Shown here piece after piece: positions 18,961 to 27,409 of a stretch of DNA of 64,000 nucleotides. The DNA is from Alphaproteobacteria bacterium (lineage in GTDB: Bacteria > Pseudomonadota > Alphaproteobacteria > Caedimonadales > UBA1908): NCBI GenBank assembly GCA_021298595.1, contig JAJTHL010000004.1, forward strand, positions 10,070 through 74,069, read 5' to 3'. Position 1 is the stretch's first letter. Every line of letters starts with the position of its first letter. The position numbers and the translations under genes were made by a program. A model generated the notes under the pieces. The model did not search any database, was not told the origin of the DNA, and worked only from the letters and a program-made list of their open reading frames with translations.

Positions 18961-18974
18961 CAAGGACTCGTATC

Positions 18975-19634
18975 ATGGACTTTTCATTATTGGACACCCT
19001 CATCCCCGCCTTGACCTTCATTGGTCAAGGCGTTTTGATGACCCTCACTCTACTGCTGGGTGGTCTTTTCCTCGGCCTTGTGCTCGCCGTTATCTGGTCG
19101 ATTATGCGTTACCGGAATATGGGCACGCCCGTCATCAAGGGGCTGGTCTCCTTTTTAAGGGGAACACCCTTGATCCTTCAGCTGAGCTTTGTTTACTTTG
19201 CGGCCCCCACCCTTGTGGGCATTAAACTTGATATCCTGGGCGCTGGCATCCTAACCTTTGGCCTAAACAGCGGTGCGTATCTTTCAGAGATCTTGCGTTC
19301 TGGCCTTGAAAGCCTTCCCAAGGGTCAGTTTGAAGCAGCCAAGACCTTGCAAATTCCGCCCTATCCTCTGTGGAAGGACATTATTCTACCCCAAGTGATT
19401 CGGGCAATTTTACCGTCCCTTACCAACGAGGCCATTGCCCTTCTCAAAGAAACGGCCCTCATTTCCACCATTGGCGGGATGGATATTATGAGACGCGCTC
19501 AGGCGGTGGCGGCCGAGAAATTCACATACTTTATGCCCCTGTGTCTTGCGGCCGTGTATTACTACGGTCTTGTCCTTCTTATTGAATACATTGGCAAACA
19601 AATCGAGAAAAGAGGTACCTATGCTGCGGCTTGA
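18975..19634 (+). CDS. amino-acid ABC transporter permease (HisM/GlnP family)
   Basis: The EAA-like loop SGLESLPKGQFEAAKTLQIP is present with multiple TM segments. I prefer the ATG at 18975 (MDFSLLD) over the track start at 18948. Confidence 0.85.
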   Translation: MDFSLLDTLIPALTFIGQGVLMTLTLLLGGLFLGLVLAVIWSIMRYRNMGTPVIKGLVSFLRGTPLILQLSFVYFAAPTLVGIKLDILGAGILTFGLNSGAYLSEILRSGLESLPKGQFEAAKTLQIPPYPLWKDIILPQVIRAILPSLTNEAIALLKETALISTIGGMDIMRRAQAVAAEKFTYFMPLCLAAVYYYGLVLLIEYIGKQIEKRGTYAAA

Positions 19635-20274
19635 AAAAGGATCTAAGGTTTTTGGCGCGACCAGTGTGTTAAAGGACATTGATTTGACCATTACCCCTGG
19701 AATGATTGTGGGACTCGCGGGGCCGTCCGGTGGGGGTAAGTCAACCCTTCTTCGCGCCCTTCAAGGACTTGAGACGCTCACTTCTGGGACGCTTCATGCG
19801 GAAGGAAAACGGGGATTCATGTTCCAAGATTTCCAACTCTTTCCCCATATGACGGTACTTGAAAATCTGACCTACGCCCCTTTGATTCATGGAAAAGAAA
19901 GCGTGATTCAGGAAGCTACAGCTCTCCTAGCCAGTCTTGGGATTGCCCATAAGAGTGCAAGTTATCCCCACGAGCTTTCGGGGGGACAAAAGCAGCGTGT
20001 GGCCCTAGCCAGAAGTCTTATGATGCACCCTGATTACCTCATGTGTGATGAACCGACCTCTGGTCTTGATGTGGCAACGATTGAAGACGTCGTCAGCCTT
20101 CTTCAATCCGTTAAAGACCGGGGCGTCACCATGATCATTGCGTCCCATGATTTGGATTTTCTAACAAAAATCGCCGACAGGATTGTGCTTTTAAAAGAGG
20201 GACACATAGCCTTGGATGTCGATCCAAAAGCCCTTGATAACCCCATCCACACCCTCAAAAACTACTACACCTAA
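19621..20274 (+). CDS. amino-acid ABC transporter ATP-binding protein (GlnQ/ArtP family)
   Basis: Walker A GPSGGGKST, signature LSGGQKQRVALAR, Walker B LMCDEPTSGLD. The ATG at 19621 (MLRLEKG) overlaps the permease end; the track start at 19546 is an upstream extension. Confidence 0.9.
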   Translation: MLRLEKGSKVFGATSVLKDIDLTITPGMIVGLAGPSGGGKSTLLRALQGLETLTSGTLHAEGKRGFMFQDFQLFPHMTVLENLTYAPLIHGKESVIQEATALLASLGIAHKSASYPHELSGGQKQRVALARSLMMHPDYLMCDEPTSGLDVATIEDVVSLLQSVKDRGVTMIIASHDLDFLTKIADRIVLLKEGHIALDVDPKALDNPIHTLKNYYT

Positions 20275-20282
20275 CCTTTGAT

Positions 20283-20323
20283 AAGGGAAAAGAATCACTG
20301 CGTTCTTTTCCCTTAATTCTTTT
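20283..20323 (+). terminator. rho-independent terminator of the amino-acid ABC operon
   Basis: AAGGGAAAAGAA / TTCTTTTCCCTT forms a perfect 12-bp stem with an 8-nt loop, followed by a T-rich tail (aattctttt). Confidence 0.75.
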
Positions 20324-20463
20324 GAAACGGACCCCTTTAAGTCACGCCCTGTGTCCGCTAACTGTCTCAAGAGCACCTTTTTGCCAGCGAATCCCATTGC
20401 TTTCTAACAAAAAGACTGGCTTTATCTAAAATTATTTTTGACACAACCCCACTGTGAGCCGCC

Positions 20464-21609
20464 ATGTCCCACCACTTCCGCATTTTTTTTATCTTTCTTT
20501 GTGCCTTTACTTATCTGTCTTCTGCGGTCGCCACAGAGGACAATCTCTCAATCCCAGCCACCCACAACCAGGCCCTTCAGCTCATGGGGATGGATACTTT
20601 GCACGCACGCGGCATCACAGGAAAAGGCACCTTAATTGCCCTGATTGACCAAGAAATCAATCCCACCTGGCTTAAACCTCTTATGGACAAAGGCGCGATT
20701 CATGACGCCGCACTTCTTCCCGAAAACCCTTATATGCTCACCCTTCAAGATCTCGCATATACCGATGACCACTATGATCGTTATTTGCGCCAAGAGGGCG
20801 TTTCCATGTCTCTTCTAACCAACCACACGGCACGAAGCCGGCGTCTTTACGCAGACGCCTTAAACGGTAAAAACGCCTATAACAAAGGCACCGGCATTAT
20901 AGAGGCGGTACACCTTGCAGCCCCGGACGCCGTTCTTTTTCCTGTAGATATTAGGCTTTATGTTCAAAGCACACGAGAGCAAAATTTTTCTCCTCTGTTC
21001 GAAATGATCCTTAGGTTACAATCTCCCGTTGTGCTGTTCTCAGACACCTCAATCCTCATGCGTGAAGAGTGTCGAAGGTATGCCTCACGTCTAACAAACC
21101 AAGGCACCTTACTCCTCTTGCCGTCGGGGAACGGTGCGTGCAATCCTGCCATGACTCGCCCTCTTACTTTGAAAGGTGCTTTGGGATACACGCCCACCCA
21201 ATCCGAACAGGCGTTGTTGTTTCAAGAGCTGCTACCCAAACATATCGGTTTTTGTGGCTCTGTCAGCATGCCAAAGCCATCAAAGGCGCCTCAACTTTCT
21301 TACTTCACTCAGGTTCCTCCCACATCCATGGCACCCTATTTTCTCGTAGCTCCTGGGGAAGAGCTTGAATTCCATACCATGAATAGCGCTGATCATTTGG
21401 CGGAGGACACGCGGCTGTCAGCAGCCTTTGTCGCGGGTGCCCTTGCGCTGCTGCGCGATCACTGCCATGAAAAGGGATGTCATCATTTCACAACTGATAT
21501 GCTCTTTAACTTTCTCCATCAGTACGGTACGGCCGTCTCAACGCCCTTAGAAGGAAACCCTGAGTACCAGCTCATCAACGTCATGAATGTGTGCGAGAAG
21601 CTAGGTTGA
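20464..21609 (+). CDS. secreted, highly divergent subtilisin-like (S8) peptidase homologue
   Basis: Signal peptide (IFFIFLCAFTYLSSAVA). Asp-region-like GITGKGTLIALIDQEI, Asn-region-like LLLPSGNG, and Ser-region-like TRLSAAFVAGALALLRD (versus GTSMAAPHVAGAAALL). The His region is unclear (possibly TNHTARS). Confidence 0.4.
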   Translation: MSHHFRIFFIFLCAFTYLSSAVATEDNLSIPATHNQALQLMGMDTLHARGITGKGTLIALIDQEINPTWLKPLMDKGAIHDAALLPENPYMLTLQDLAYTDDHYDRYLRQEGVSMSLLTNHTARSRRLYADALNGKNAYNKGTGIIEAVHLAAPDAVLFPVDIRLYVQSTREQNFSPLFEMILRLQSPVVLFSDTSILMREECRRYASRLTNQGTLLLLPSGNGACNPAMTRPLTLKGALGYTPTQSEQALLFQELLPKHIGFCGSVSMPKPSKAPQLSYFTQVPPTSMAPYFLVAPGEELEFHTMNSADHLAEDTRLSAAFVAGALALLRDHCHEKGCHHFTTDMLFNFLHQYGTAVSTPLEGNPEYQLINVMNVCEKLG

Positions 21610-21666
21610 GCCCATCCTGTTTCAAACCTGTACAGTTGGCCCTTTTCTTGCAATGGCATTCTTTGT

Positions 21667-22086
21667 ATGCTGGAGGCGTTAAGAAAACAGATGAACGTGA
21701 TGAACAGAACATTTTGGGTATGGGGACTAGTGATGCTGGCGCTTCAAGGGTGTGTCGATGACCGGTGGCACTCGGCCGATTATTTGGCCAGCCGCGGCTG
21801 GGCAAGCGCCCCAGAAAAGACAGGCGAGCCTATTTCACCTGTCGCGAAATACCCCACCTCCAAAAATCTGTATTGTTATAAGAGTTTGGGCCAGGTGGAT
21901 TGCTTCAAAGCCCCCCAAAAGGGAAAAGATCATCTCCGCGTGGGTCAAGAAGCGCCCGCCCTGCCAAAGGAAGAGGTCACGCCGTGTGACGGACCTTCTA
22001 CCCCTAAAAAAGCCTCTACACCCGATGAGTCCCCCCTTCCCCTAGAACTTTACGAGCCGATCCATGTCACAAGAACCCCTGCGTAA
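21667..22086 (+). CDS. hypothetical lipoprotein with a Pro/Lys-rich C-terminus
   Basis: Lipobox MLALQGC follows a hydrophobic stretch. Alternative starts at 21691 and 21700. It overlaps the next gene by 23 nt. Confidence 0.5.
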   Translation: MLEALRKQMNVMNRTFWVWGLVMLALQGCVDDRWHSADYLASRGWASAPEKTGEPISPVAKYPTSKNLYCYKSLGQVDCFKAPQKGKDHLRVGQEAPALPKEEVTPCDGPSTPKKASTPDESPLPLELYEPIHVTRTPA

Positions 22087-22351
22087 CGCGCTCAAAGCCG
22101 TGTTATTTAGAGCAAAATACCGCTCGTCTCAAGAGGCCGACTATATCCTTGGGGGCTTTGCCCGGGAGAAAGCGCCGAAGCTTAGCGAGAACGCCCTTGA
22201 ACAGTTTGCGTTTTTGCTCACCCACGATGATCCCGAGATTTTTGCGTGGCTTGATGCGCCCGAAACAGCGCCCCCACCTCTTACCCCGTCTCTTTTAAGA
22301 GAAATTTACGAATACGCCACCACTTTGACACCCACATGGTCAAAAACCTAG
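22064..22351 (+). CDS. sdhE: SdhE/SDHAF2-family (DUF339) FAD assembly factor-like protein with a variant RGxxE motif
   Basis: 95 aa. LFRAKYRSSQEADYILGGFA....L....L.QFAFLLTHDDPEIFAWL aligns with the SdhE pattern RS..RG..E.D..L..F......L......LL...D.D...W. The motif reads RSSQE instead of RGxxE. Confidence 0.7.
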   Translation: MSQEPLRNALKAVLFRAKYRSSQEADYILGGFAREKAPKLSENALEQFAFLLTHDDPEIFAWLDAPETAPPPLTPSLLREIYEYATTLTPTWSKT

Positions 22352-23493
22352 CCCTCTACACAGCCCTCAGTCTTATGAAGAGCCGCTTTTTCAAAGGGCT
22401 TTTGGGAATGATTCTTTTTCTTTGCGCCGTTTCCTTCTTCTTTGGATCAACCCTGTTATTGGAAGGAGAGGAAGCCAGCCAACATTTCTACGACTTTATC
22501 CTCATCCCCTGTTTATTTTTCACCTTAGGTCAAAGCGTCATCTCCCTTTTATTCCGAATGCGTGACACACAGGAGGAGGACTTTTTTGTGGGGCATGGCC
22601 TTCTGCCATTTTCCTATGGGGTGGGAATCTTTGCAGGATATGCATCGATCCTGTTTCTTTTGTGCGCTGTGGTTTTCCTTCCCCACCTCATGCTTTTCAA
22701 CGCGCCTATGCTCACCGCCCTTCAAGGGGGAGCATCCCTTTTCCTCCAGGCAGTCGGTGTCCTCTGGCTTGCCGTTCTTTTAGGGTTTTCCAGCAGATAC
22801 CAGGCGCAAGGAACGTTATGCCTGGGTCTTGTATTGATGATGAGTTTTCTTAAACAAGGTCTTTTAACCACAGGTACAAGCGCGTGGATCACCTCTTCAA
22901 AGTGGCAGGAAAGCTTTTGGAGTGTGCTGCAAAAACTCAGTCTTTTACTCCCCCCTTTTACTCTTGACCTTTTGGCCTTCTCTTGGAAAGACGCCTTACA
23001 GACAGGCGCACTCTTGGGCGCTTTTACCCTTTTGACCTTTACACGGTCTTGGTACAAAGTAGGCGTTTTTAGTCTGACAGCTTTTTGGGTCGTCAGCGCT
23101 CCTTTTACCCCTCCAGCAGAGCGGCGTCCGAGGCAAAGCATCCCCTATGACCCGCCCAGTCTCATCCAGCGCGAGTTTTTAAAAGGACTAAATTCCTCAT
23201 TTTTTGGATACGTGGCACTTTTATACTTGCACCACGCAGGCGACATGGGGAACGCAAGGTTACCCTTACGCCTCTACTCCTACGAAAAAGTCATTGGCTG
23301 GCTTCAAACAGCGGACAGTCTTGTTCCTTCATCTGACCTCCCCCCGTTTTTAGGAACCTTCTATTTTGGCATGACGCCTGACCCTGAACAACGAGCCCTT
23401 CTTGTTTCTTATTTGACCCACTATACAAAAAATCACCCTCACAAGTCTTGGTGGCTCACGTTTGCCACACGCCTTGAACAACAAGCGCGCTAA
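22336..23493 (+). CDS. polytopic membrane protein with a C-terminal soluble domain of about 130 aa, unknown function
   Basis: 385 aa. About 6-7 hydrophobic segments in the first 250 aa or so, then a hydrophilic tail. The ATG at 22336 overlaps the sdhE-like stop by 16 nt. No family recognised. Confidence 0.6.
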   Translation: MVKNLALYTALSLMKSRFFKGLLGMILFLCAVSFFFGSTLLLEGEEASQHFYDFILIPCLFFTLGQSVISLLFRMRDTQEEDFFVGHGLLPFSYGVGIFAGYASILFLLCAVVFLPHLMLFNAPMLTALQGGASLFLQAVGVLWLAVLLGFSSRYQAQGTLCLGLVLMMSFLKQGLLTTGTSAWITSSKWQESFWSVLQKLSLLLPPFTLDLLAFSWKDALQTGALLGAFTLLTFTRSWYKVGVFSLTAFWVVSAPFTPPAERRPRQSIPYDPPSLIQREFLKGLNSSFFGYVALLYLHHAGDMGNARLPLRLYSYEKVIGWLQTADSLVPSSDLPPFLGTFYFGMTPDPEQRALLVSYLTHYTKNHPHKSWWLTFATRLEQQAR

Positions 23494-23596
23494 AGTCCGA
23501 GGACGATGCCAATCAGTGCATTCGCGAAATACCTGTGGTACCAAATGACTCTTTTTGGTATGACTAGAGCACCATAAAAAACAAGAGACTAGCGCC

Positions 23597-25294
23597 ATGT
23601 CCTATCTTTTTTTACTTCTTTTTTTAACGTTTCCCGCGTTAGCCACCACGGACCAAGCTTTTGAAACACACAGGCAAGCGGATGAAGAGCTTGCACAAAA
23701 TGATCTAGCCCTTAATGTTCTTTACCAAGAGGTTTTGCTTTTGGTGTCATCCAATGACCGGGAAGACTTCAAAAAAACTCAGCGTCAGTGGTTAAAAGAT
23801 AGAAGAAGCTTAAGTGCCCTTGACACCATCAAAGAGCACTACCGAAAGCGCCTTTATCAACTGCAAGGACTTAAAGCAGAAAAGGAAGCCGCCTACACAG
23901 CGTCCTTCTTTACCCCAGAAGCCACCCTCAACAAAGAGCTCGTGTTGAATGATCTCAAAAAGTGCCCCACATTTTCATGCCGTCTTTACGAACTTATTAT
24001 ACAATCTCTTGAAATCCCTCAAAATGACCGTCACTCTTTTTTAGGGCGTGCTGCCAATACGCTCTATGAAAATGAGCAAAAAACCAGCACCTCGCTTTCA
24101 AAAATTACTTGGCCCTTTTCCAACGGTGCCAATATGGAAGACATTCTTTTTATGGCTCAGCATGGCTTTTTTATGGAGGGAGAGCGTCATGCTTTGGCTC
24201 TTGTGGCGCCTTTGTGGCTTGTCATTCAAGCGCCTGACCTGATGAATTATGACACTGGCGCATGTTACCGACCGTACGGCTTAGAAATTCTTACAAAGGC
24301 CAGCATGGGCACCCTTCCCCATTACGAGGCCTTTAACCGCGCCGTTGACGATCTATTTGTGGGACAGTGGCTTAGCGGAACCCTTTATCGCACGTTTTAT
24401 TCAGGTCTGGCACGCGCCCGTGATTTTATCTCCTTCGCGCCGACAAATCTTGACGCGACCAAGCATGCGCCGTCCCTAGAAGACGACGCCCTTCATCATC
24501 CCGAGCTTTTGAAATGGTCCTATCTCGGGCCCTGGAACCGCAAGAAGTATCAAGCCCTTGAAAAAGTTTTTCCTCTCATGGTGTCTGATCTGCGGGCGTT
24601 TTATAAGTCACTACCACCGCTTGCCGTCTTTTCTGCCCACGCAACGCAATATTTAAATGGTTATGTTTACGCAAACTTTGAATCCACGGTTCCCCTTGCC
24701 AGCGATAAAGCGTACGCGCTGTTTGTGATGGACCCCGAGAAAGATCTGGACCGACTTCTTGCGCGCGCCAAGAATTTTGATCAAACGGATTGGAACGCCG
24801 CGCTTTCGTACGGACTTCTTTCAGGACGTCCTGTTCAAGACCTCAAACGTCTTGTGGAAAAGGGGGCGAAAGTCGACGCCGCCATCGATGGGGAAACGCC
24901 GCTTATGAAGGCTGCGGACAGGGCTGATGTTCTTTTATTTCTTCTCAGCCAAAAGGCACCAGTGGACGCCCACAACGACTTTGGCAAAACCGCCCTTTTC
25001 TACGCCGTCCAGTTCAACAATTTAGACAGCGTCAAAGCCCTTGTGGAGGCAGGCGCCAACATAAACACACCCCTGCGCCTCATGAATGTAGAGCCTTACT
25101 ACGAGTTTCAGTTTGTCCTAGGGTTCACACCCCTTGCCTATAGCATGCGCTACGGCTCTCTTGAGATGACAGCGTATCTTGTGGAAAAGGGGGCCACCCT
25201 TACTGTGATTGATAGGGAAAAACTAGAAGAGTGGGTGACAAACGGCGGAGATACCACGCGCTTTAAAACTCACCTAGAGCTGATTAAAAAGTAG
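23597..25294 (+). CDS. secreted DUF1311(LprI-like)/ankyrin-repeat protein
   Basis: 565 aa. Signal peptide LLLFLTFPALA. The N-terminal LNVLYQEVL...KKTQRQWLKDR is DUF1311-like. The C-terminus carries at least 3 ankyrin repeats (GETPLMKAADRADVLLFLLSQKAPVDA, GKTALFYAVQFNNLDSVKALVEAGANIN, GFTPLAYSMRYGSLEMTAYLVEKGA). Confidence 0.75.
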   Translation: MSYLFLLLFLTFPALATTDQAFETHRQADEELAQNDLALNVLYQEVLLLVSSNDREDFKKTQRQWLKDRRSLSALDTIKEHYRKRLYQLQGLKAEKEAAYTASFFTPEATLNKELVLNDLKKCPTFSCRLYELIIQSLEIPQNDRHSFLGRAANTLYENEQKTSTSLSKITWPFSNGANMEDILFMAQHGFFMEGERHALALVAPLWLVIQAPDLMNYDTGACYRPYGLEILTKASMGTLPHYEAFNRAVDDLFVGQWLSGTLYRTFYSGLARARDFISFAPTNLDATKHAPSLEDDALHHPELLKWSYLGPWNRKKYQALEKVFPLMVSDLRAFYKSLPPLAVFSAHATQYLNGYVYANFESTVPLASDKAYALFVMDPEKDLDRLLARAKNFDQTDWNAALSYGLLSGRPVQDLKRLVEKGAKVDAAIDGETPLMKAADRADVLLFLLSQKAPVDAHNDFGKTALFYAVQFNNLDSVKALVEAGANINTPLRLMNVEPYYEFQFVLGFTPLAYSMRYGSLEMTAYLVEKGATLTVIDREKLEEWVTNGGDTTRFKTHLELIKK

Positions 25295-25304
25295 AGTTGA
25301 CCGC

Positions 25305-25345
25305 AGAAAAAAGGGCAAGAATTCATTTTCTCCCCTTTTTCTTTT
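25305..25345. terminator. imperfect hairpin between convergent genes (possible bidirectional terminator)
   Basis: GAAAAAAGGGCAAGAA ... TTCTCCCCTTTTTC is an imperfect inverted repeat flanked by A-runs and T-runs, lying between the ankyrin gene stop and the arnA-like stop. Confidence 0.4.
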
Positions 25346-25359
25346 TACCTTACAGAAGC

Positions 25360-26412
25360 TCAAGCCGCTTGGGTATCAAGTCGCTTGTCACGCCCTTGGC
25401 CAATCAAGTGGTAATCAAGGGTACGCCGAAGGGCCTCTTCGATGTCCACATGCGGCTCCCACCCCAGATACTTCTTGGCGTTTTTGATGGACGGAACCCG
25501 AAACCCAAGATCTTGGTAGCCCGCCCCGTAGTGCGTGTTAGCGTCCACCTTGATGATCTTTACGGTGTTGGCGATTTCCTTGTACTGCGGATAGGTTTTC
25601 ACAAGGTCAACAAGTTTATGAGCCAGCTCTTCAATGGAAAGATCATTTTTGGGGTTACCGACGTTGAAAATACGCCTGCTGGCAAGGCCGTCTTTGTTTT
25701 CAATAATTCGCATTAACGCCTCAATACCGTCATCAATGTACGTAAACGAGCGGCGCTGCTTGCCTCCATCCACAAGACGAATTTCTCGATGATACAGAAT
25801 GTTGCTGATGAATTGGGTCACAACGCGGGAGCTTCCTTCTTTTTCAGCGTTCAAACGGTCAAGCTTAGGACCCAACCAGTTAAAGGGGCGGAAAAGTGTA
25901 TAATCAAGCCCCTCCTCGCCGTAAGCATAAATCACGCGGTCAATCATTTGCTTGGCGCAGGAATAAATCCAGCGTTGTTTGTGAATGGGACCCAGCACAA
26001 GAGACGTTGATTCTTCATCAAACTCTTCTTCTTGGCTCATGCCGTAAACTTCGGAAGTCGACGGGAATATAACGCGCTTTTGAAAGCGCACACATTGACG
26101 CACGATCTCAAGGTTTGCTTCAAAATCAAGTTCGAAGACCTTAAGAGGTGTCTTCACATAAAGCGCAGGATTAGCAATGGCCACAAGGGGCAGCACAACA
26201 TCACACTTTTTCACATGATAGGCAACCCACTCTTTGTTGATGGTGATGTCGCCTTCCACAAAGCGAAAGCGCTCGTGACCGAGGCAAGAGGCAAGATTGT
26301 CCTGGGACATATCCATCCCATACACTTCCCACTTTGTATCCTTCAAAATACGCTCGGTCAGGCTGTTACCGATAAAGCCGTTAACACCTAAAATCAGAAT
26401 CTTAAGAGACAT
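25360..26412 (-). CDS. arnA: UDP-glucuronate oxidative decarboxylase (ArnA C-terminal dehydrogenase domain only; UDP-4-keto-pentose synthase)
   Basis: 350 aa starting directly with the Rossmann motif KILILGVNGFIGNSLTERIL, which corresponds to about residue 317 of E. coli ArnA. Contains YSCAKQ (YxxxK). There is no N-terminal formyltransferase domain. Confidence 0.85.
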   Translation of the reverse strand: MSLKILILGVNGFIGNSLTERILKDTKWEVYGMDMSQDNLASCLGHERFRFVEGDITINKEWVAYHVKKCDVVLPLVAIANPALYVKTPLKVFELDFEANLEIVRQCVRFQKRVIFPSTSEVYGMSQEEEFDEESTSLVLGPIHKQRWIYSCAKQMIDRVIYAYGEEGLDYTLFRPFNWLGPKLDRLNAEKEGSSRVVTQFISNILYHREIRLVDGGKQRRSFTYIDDGIEALMRIIENKDGLASRRIFNVGNPKNDLSIEELAHKLVDLVKTYPQYKEIANTVKIIKVDANTHYGAGYQDLGFRVPSIKNAKKYLGWEPHVDIEEALRRTLDYHLIGQGRDKRLDTQAA

Positions 26413-27406
26413 GCTGTTGCTCCTTCAAAGGGGATGAGGCGGCCATTACTTCCTCTTGAGAGAGTTCCACCACCTGTCGAATAAGAAAACGCGGCCTGTG
26501 GCGCACCACTTCGTAAATGCGACCAACATACTCACCCACGATCCCGATTCCTGTAATCGCCACACTGATAAGAAAGAATGAGATAGCAAAGAGCGTAAAG
26601 AGACCTTCCGCCTCTGGCCCAAAAATAAAACGACGAAAGAGCAAGTACGCCACAAGGCAACCGCTTAAGGCCGAGACAATAAAGCCAAACAAGGTAAACA
26701 CTTGAAGAGGCGCCATGGAAAAGCCTGTAAACAGGTCAAAGGTCACCCGCACAAGCTTATACACATCGTACTTTGAGTCCCCTTGAAGGCGCGCTTGGTG
26801 CTCGACCCCAATTTCGGTGGGGTTAGCCGCAAACTTATACCCAAGGGCTGTCACAAAAGTTGATGACTCGTCGCACTGGGTAATCAGGTCCACTACACGC
26901 CGGCTGTAGGCCCGAAACATGCATCCTTGGTCTTTGATGTGAATATCTGTCACAGCGCCACGGATTTTGTTCATAATCAAGGACGGTAGGCTTCGCAAGA
27001 TAAAGGAATCGTCGCGCTCTTTGCGGTAGCTTCCCACATAATCATAGCCCTTTTCATATTCAGCAAGGAGCTTTGGAATTTCCTCGGGCGGGTTTTGCAT
27101 ATCCGCGTCCATATTGACGATAATTTCACCCCGCACGCGCTCGAACGCGGCCATAATGGCCATATGCTGGCCAAAGTTACCATTGAAGTGAATAACCCGA
27201 ATCTGCTGGGGACGTCTTTTATGAAAGGCGTCCAGAATTTCTGCCGACTTATCCTTACTGCCATCATTGGTAAAAATAATTTCGTATGGTTTACCTATAC
27301 CGTCACACACGGCTGTCAGGCGCGTGTAAAGATCCTCAAGGCACGCCTCTTCGTTATAAACAGGCACCACAACAGATAAGTAGACACTTTGTTTTTCTAG
27401 CAGCAT
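26402..27406 (-). CDS. arnC: undecaprenyl-phosphate aminoarabinose transferase (ArnC-like GT2)
   Basis: 334 aa. LSVVVPVYNEEACL...TNDGSKD...MDADMQNPPEEI plus two C-terminal TM helices, matching ArnC/DPM1-like architecture. It sits inside the arn cluster. Confidence 0.85.
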   Translation of the reverse strand: MLLEKQSVYLSVVVPVYNEEACLEDLYTRLTAVCDGIGKPYEIIFTNDGSKDKSAEILDAFHKRRPQQIRVIHFNGNFGQHMAIMAAFERVRGEIIVNMDADMQNPPEEIPKLLAEYEKGYDYVGSYRKERDDSFILRSLPSLIMNKIRGAVTDIHIKDQGCMFRAYSRRVVDLITQCDESSTFVTALGYKFAANPTEIGVEHQARLQGDSKYDVYKLVRVTFDLFTGFSMAPLQVFTLFGFIVSALSGCLVAYLLFRRFIFGPEAEGLFTLFAISFFLISVAITGIGIVGEYVGRIYEVVRHRPRFLIRQVVELSQEEVMAASSPLKEQQHVS

Positions 27407-27409
27407 GTG

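Noticed and set aside
25297-25716. 139-aa plus-strand ORF after the ankyrin gene
   Set aside because: It overlaps the 3' part of the arnA-like gene on the opposite strand, and the arnA homology is unambiguous.
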